Below are positions 35,966-38,272 of a stretch of 38,272 nt of DNA, in pieces. Below the pieces are notes generated by a model, which saw nothing but the letters and a program-made list of their open reading frames with translations, made no database searches and was not told the origin of the DNA. Source of the DNA: Macrostomum lignano (Eukaryota); assembly GCA_002269645.1 (NCBI GenBank), contig NIVC01003012.1:35379-73650 (forward strand). Reading direction: 5' to 3'. Both the position numbers and the translations under genes were made by a program. Position 1 is the stretch's first letter; every line of letters starts with the position of its first letter.

Positions 35966-36470
35966 TTTTCTCTGAATAATCAGCAGAGAAGAAAAAAAGC
36001 AGAGTTCACAAGCCATATCCATGAAGCATTCTTCAAACCAGTCAGCCCCTGTCACTGCACACCAGGCACGCATACGAGCCCCTCGCATGCCCTTCACATA
36101 CGACCCGCAGCCATTGTCCCTCCCACGGAGCCTTGTGAGAAGCCCCGTTTTCTCAGAAACACATGGTCCAGCTGCATCCTCAATAAATGCCAGCGCCTCT
36201 GCCCCCCGCTCCTCTCTCTCTCTCAGTCTTATAGCTACTCTGCCTTGCCTTCCCCCTCTAGTGTCCCCAGAGCCTAATATTCAATCATAATTCTTGACTC
36301 CGCTCTCGCAGGTAGACAAAATCTGAAGGGCTGTTGAGCAGCATTAGTTGAGCTCAATGACTCTACAGAGGTGACTATAAACAGACAGGGGGGAGCTATA
36401 GAATTCAACCTGTGGCTTTCTTTCTGCTTATACTAGACTGCTTTTTGTTGTTATTGAAGCTCGACTTTCG

Positions 36471-36520
36471 TTTATGTTTAGGTTTAGGTTTAGGTTTAGA
36501 TTTAGATTTATATTTAGGTC
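36471..36520 (+). repeat. Short (TTTAGG/TTTAGA)n tract
   Basis: About 8 hexamer units. Confidence 0.8.
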
Positions 36521-36806
36521 AGGCAGCTAATCCAAACCAAATATTCAGTCCAAGCTTTTGAGCAATTAGGGCAGTTCTGAGATGGAGATCATTTGATTAA
36601 CGATTGAGACTCGTGGACTTCTAAATTGCGTACAGCATATGGATTGGAAGCTCTATAAAAGTTAACAGGGACGTTGGCTACACACACTTCTCTTAAAACA
36701 GTTGGTGCGCTTCCAATCCATATTACTCAATATTTTTTGAAAGTCCATGGACATTTGCAGGAGGGCTGTAGCGTTCTTTGCACACACGCGCACGCACAAC
36801 ACAAAC

Positions 36807-36989
36807 CTTTTGACGCCACGGTTCCTCTGGCTTCAATGAAGGCCTCCATCGGTCCGCCGCCGCTGCCGCCGGGCTCCATGCCTCCAGGCTTTTTATGTAG
36901 TGCGACAGGCCGAAACTGTTGGCGGCTGCGGCTGCTGTGGCTTTTGATGCCGAGTCGCCCTCGGCATAGCTGTTGAAACTGGAATTCAT
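36807..36989 (-). CDS. Possible upstream (first) coding exon of the ETS gene
   Basis: MNSSFNSYAEGDSASKATAAAAANSFGLSHYIKSLEAWSPAAAAADRWRPSLKPEEPWRQK, GC-rich with poly-Ala; donor AAG|GTTTGT is phase 0, which does not directly match the phase-1 exon at 34451. Confidence 0.35.
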
Positions 36990-37047
36990 TTGTTTAAGAA
37001 AGTATGGCACTGTTAGTTATTAATGACAATTAAAAACAAAATGGCAT

Positions 37048-37260
37048 GATAATAATAATTATGGCAGATGTGCCACCGACAGCTCAGGCTGCGTACAGTC
37101 TAAGGACTGCAGGCACCCATTTTACAGCTGGGTGAACACTGAAGCAATGCAGAGTTAAGTGTCTTGCTCAATTAGGACACAAATTGTTCCAAGTGGGACG
37201 AGAATCGAACCCCCGACCTTTCAGTCGTGAATCCGAAGCTCGAACCACTGGGCTACAACC
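37048..37260 (-). mobile_element. tRNA-derived SINE with CORE-like central domain
   Basis: A box TAGCCCAGTGG, B box GGTTCGATTC, then GAGCAAGACACTTAAC...CCAGCTGTAAAATGGG (CORE/MIR-like) and an (ATT)n tail. Confidence 0.8.
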
Positions 37261-38272
37261 TAATAAAAACACATGATCAGTTCAATCCCAAAAATGGCAC
37301 CGATCAGAGACAAAATGATCACGCCAGAAAATGGCACCATAAAGATAGAAGGAAAAAAGTGACACAAAATGACACAAAATGGTCAAATAAGGATTTACTG
37401 ACTCTTGCACGCGATAATGAGAGTTTCCAGCTTTTAGCTGGGCAATACTCGAACTGCCCGAACGAGTTTCTCATCTCTCCCCTATTTAACAGCCGGTCAG
37501 TCCAGCCTTGCTGCTCCAGTTTCTCCCGCTGATAAAAATGACAGTTGCTGTCAAGAGCGAGCGGCAATGGGGGGGAGTGAATGAGGAAGAGCGGGAGATC
37601 TGACGAGATAAAGGGCGCGGGACACGAGAGCTGACCATGCTCAGATGGGGAAGTTCGCCCATAATTGAGGAGATGCTTGGCTAGCGTGAGGCGCAGGGAC
37701 ACAGAGAGAGACTGCAAAAGGAGATTTAGCGAAAGTTCCGAGTCCAGCGCTATGCAGTTTAGAGATTTCAAAATTTATTGTTAAATGAAATGGTAATAAT
37801 GTTGAATAACCGTTTATGCCTGTGTGCAGCGAGAAGCTCGGGTGCAGCTTCACCGGCTCGCGAATTAAACAAGCCGGTTTCATAAGCCCAATGATAATTG
37901 CTGGGGCCAAGAGCCCCTGGCAGGGTTTTTAGACCGCCGGCTGCATGGGGCTATCATCTCCGATTCTCAAGTCATAAATTGTTTTTCCGTGAACTGGCCG
38001 CCGCCGAGCTGGTGGGCTGGGGCTCTCAGATGGCAGCAGAGACAAGACGAGAGAGGGGAGGGAGTGGGGAGAATAATGGGGAGTTTTTGGGAGAGCTGGA
38101 TGGAGAGAGGGGGGCCTGGGTGCGCACGAATAACTGCTGATGGATGAGGTCCAGAGGAGGCCCTCCAATTATCTCCCCAATTATCTTCTGCCTGTTTGCT
38201 CCGGAGTGGCGCACAGTGAGAGAGCTGGCTCAGTGTTTAAACAGCACTGGACTGCATGAAAAACTCTTGGCC

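Noticed and set aside
37319-38214. ORFs of 60-150 aa at the window end
   Set aside because: No domain similarity recognised; more likely the 5' intronic or regulatory region of the ETS gene.

Overview
Eukaryotic (metazoan) genomic DNA with GT-AG introns. The GC-rich poly-Ala/Gln exons and dense minisatellites resemble a free-living flatworm such as Macrostomum; this is inference and was not verified. Three genes are recognisable. (1) A typical 2-Cys peroxiredoxin on the minus strand, best modelled as 3 exons: 16001-15813 (mitochondrial-leader-like), 7329-6721 and 5953-5945. (2) A secreted type-2 cystatin with an intronless CDS (+, 22802-23251). (3) A PEA3/ETV1-4-5 family ETS transcription factor (minus strand, domain split between 32512 and 28913) with an unusually long low-complexity tail. 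About 30% of the window is tandem repeat, with about 19 different arrays, mostly filling introns. Also present are a non-autonomous hAT element with an 8-bp TSD, a tRNA-derived CORE-like SINE and a degraded Penelope-like fragment. The most unusual area is the AT-rich island at about 14-21 kb. It holds two replication-dependent-histone-type 3' stem-loops (one with a downstream AAAAGAG element) but no histone CDS, next to an orphan 118-aa ORF with a faint H4-like pattern that lies head-to-head with the peroxiredoxin leader exon. Exon models come from reading splice signals and phases by eye. No transcript or database evidence was available.
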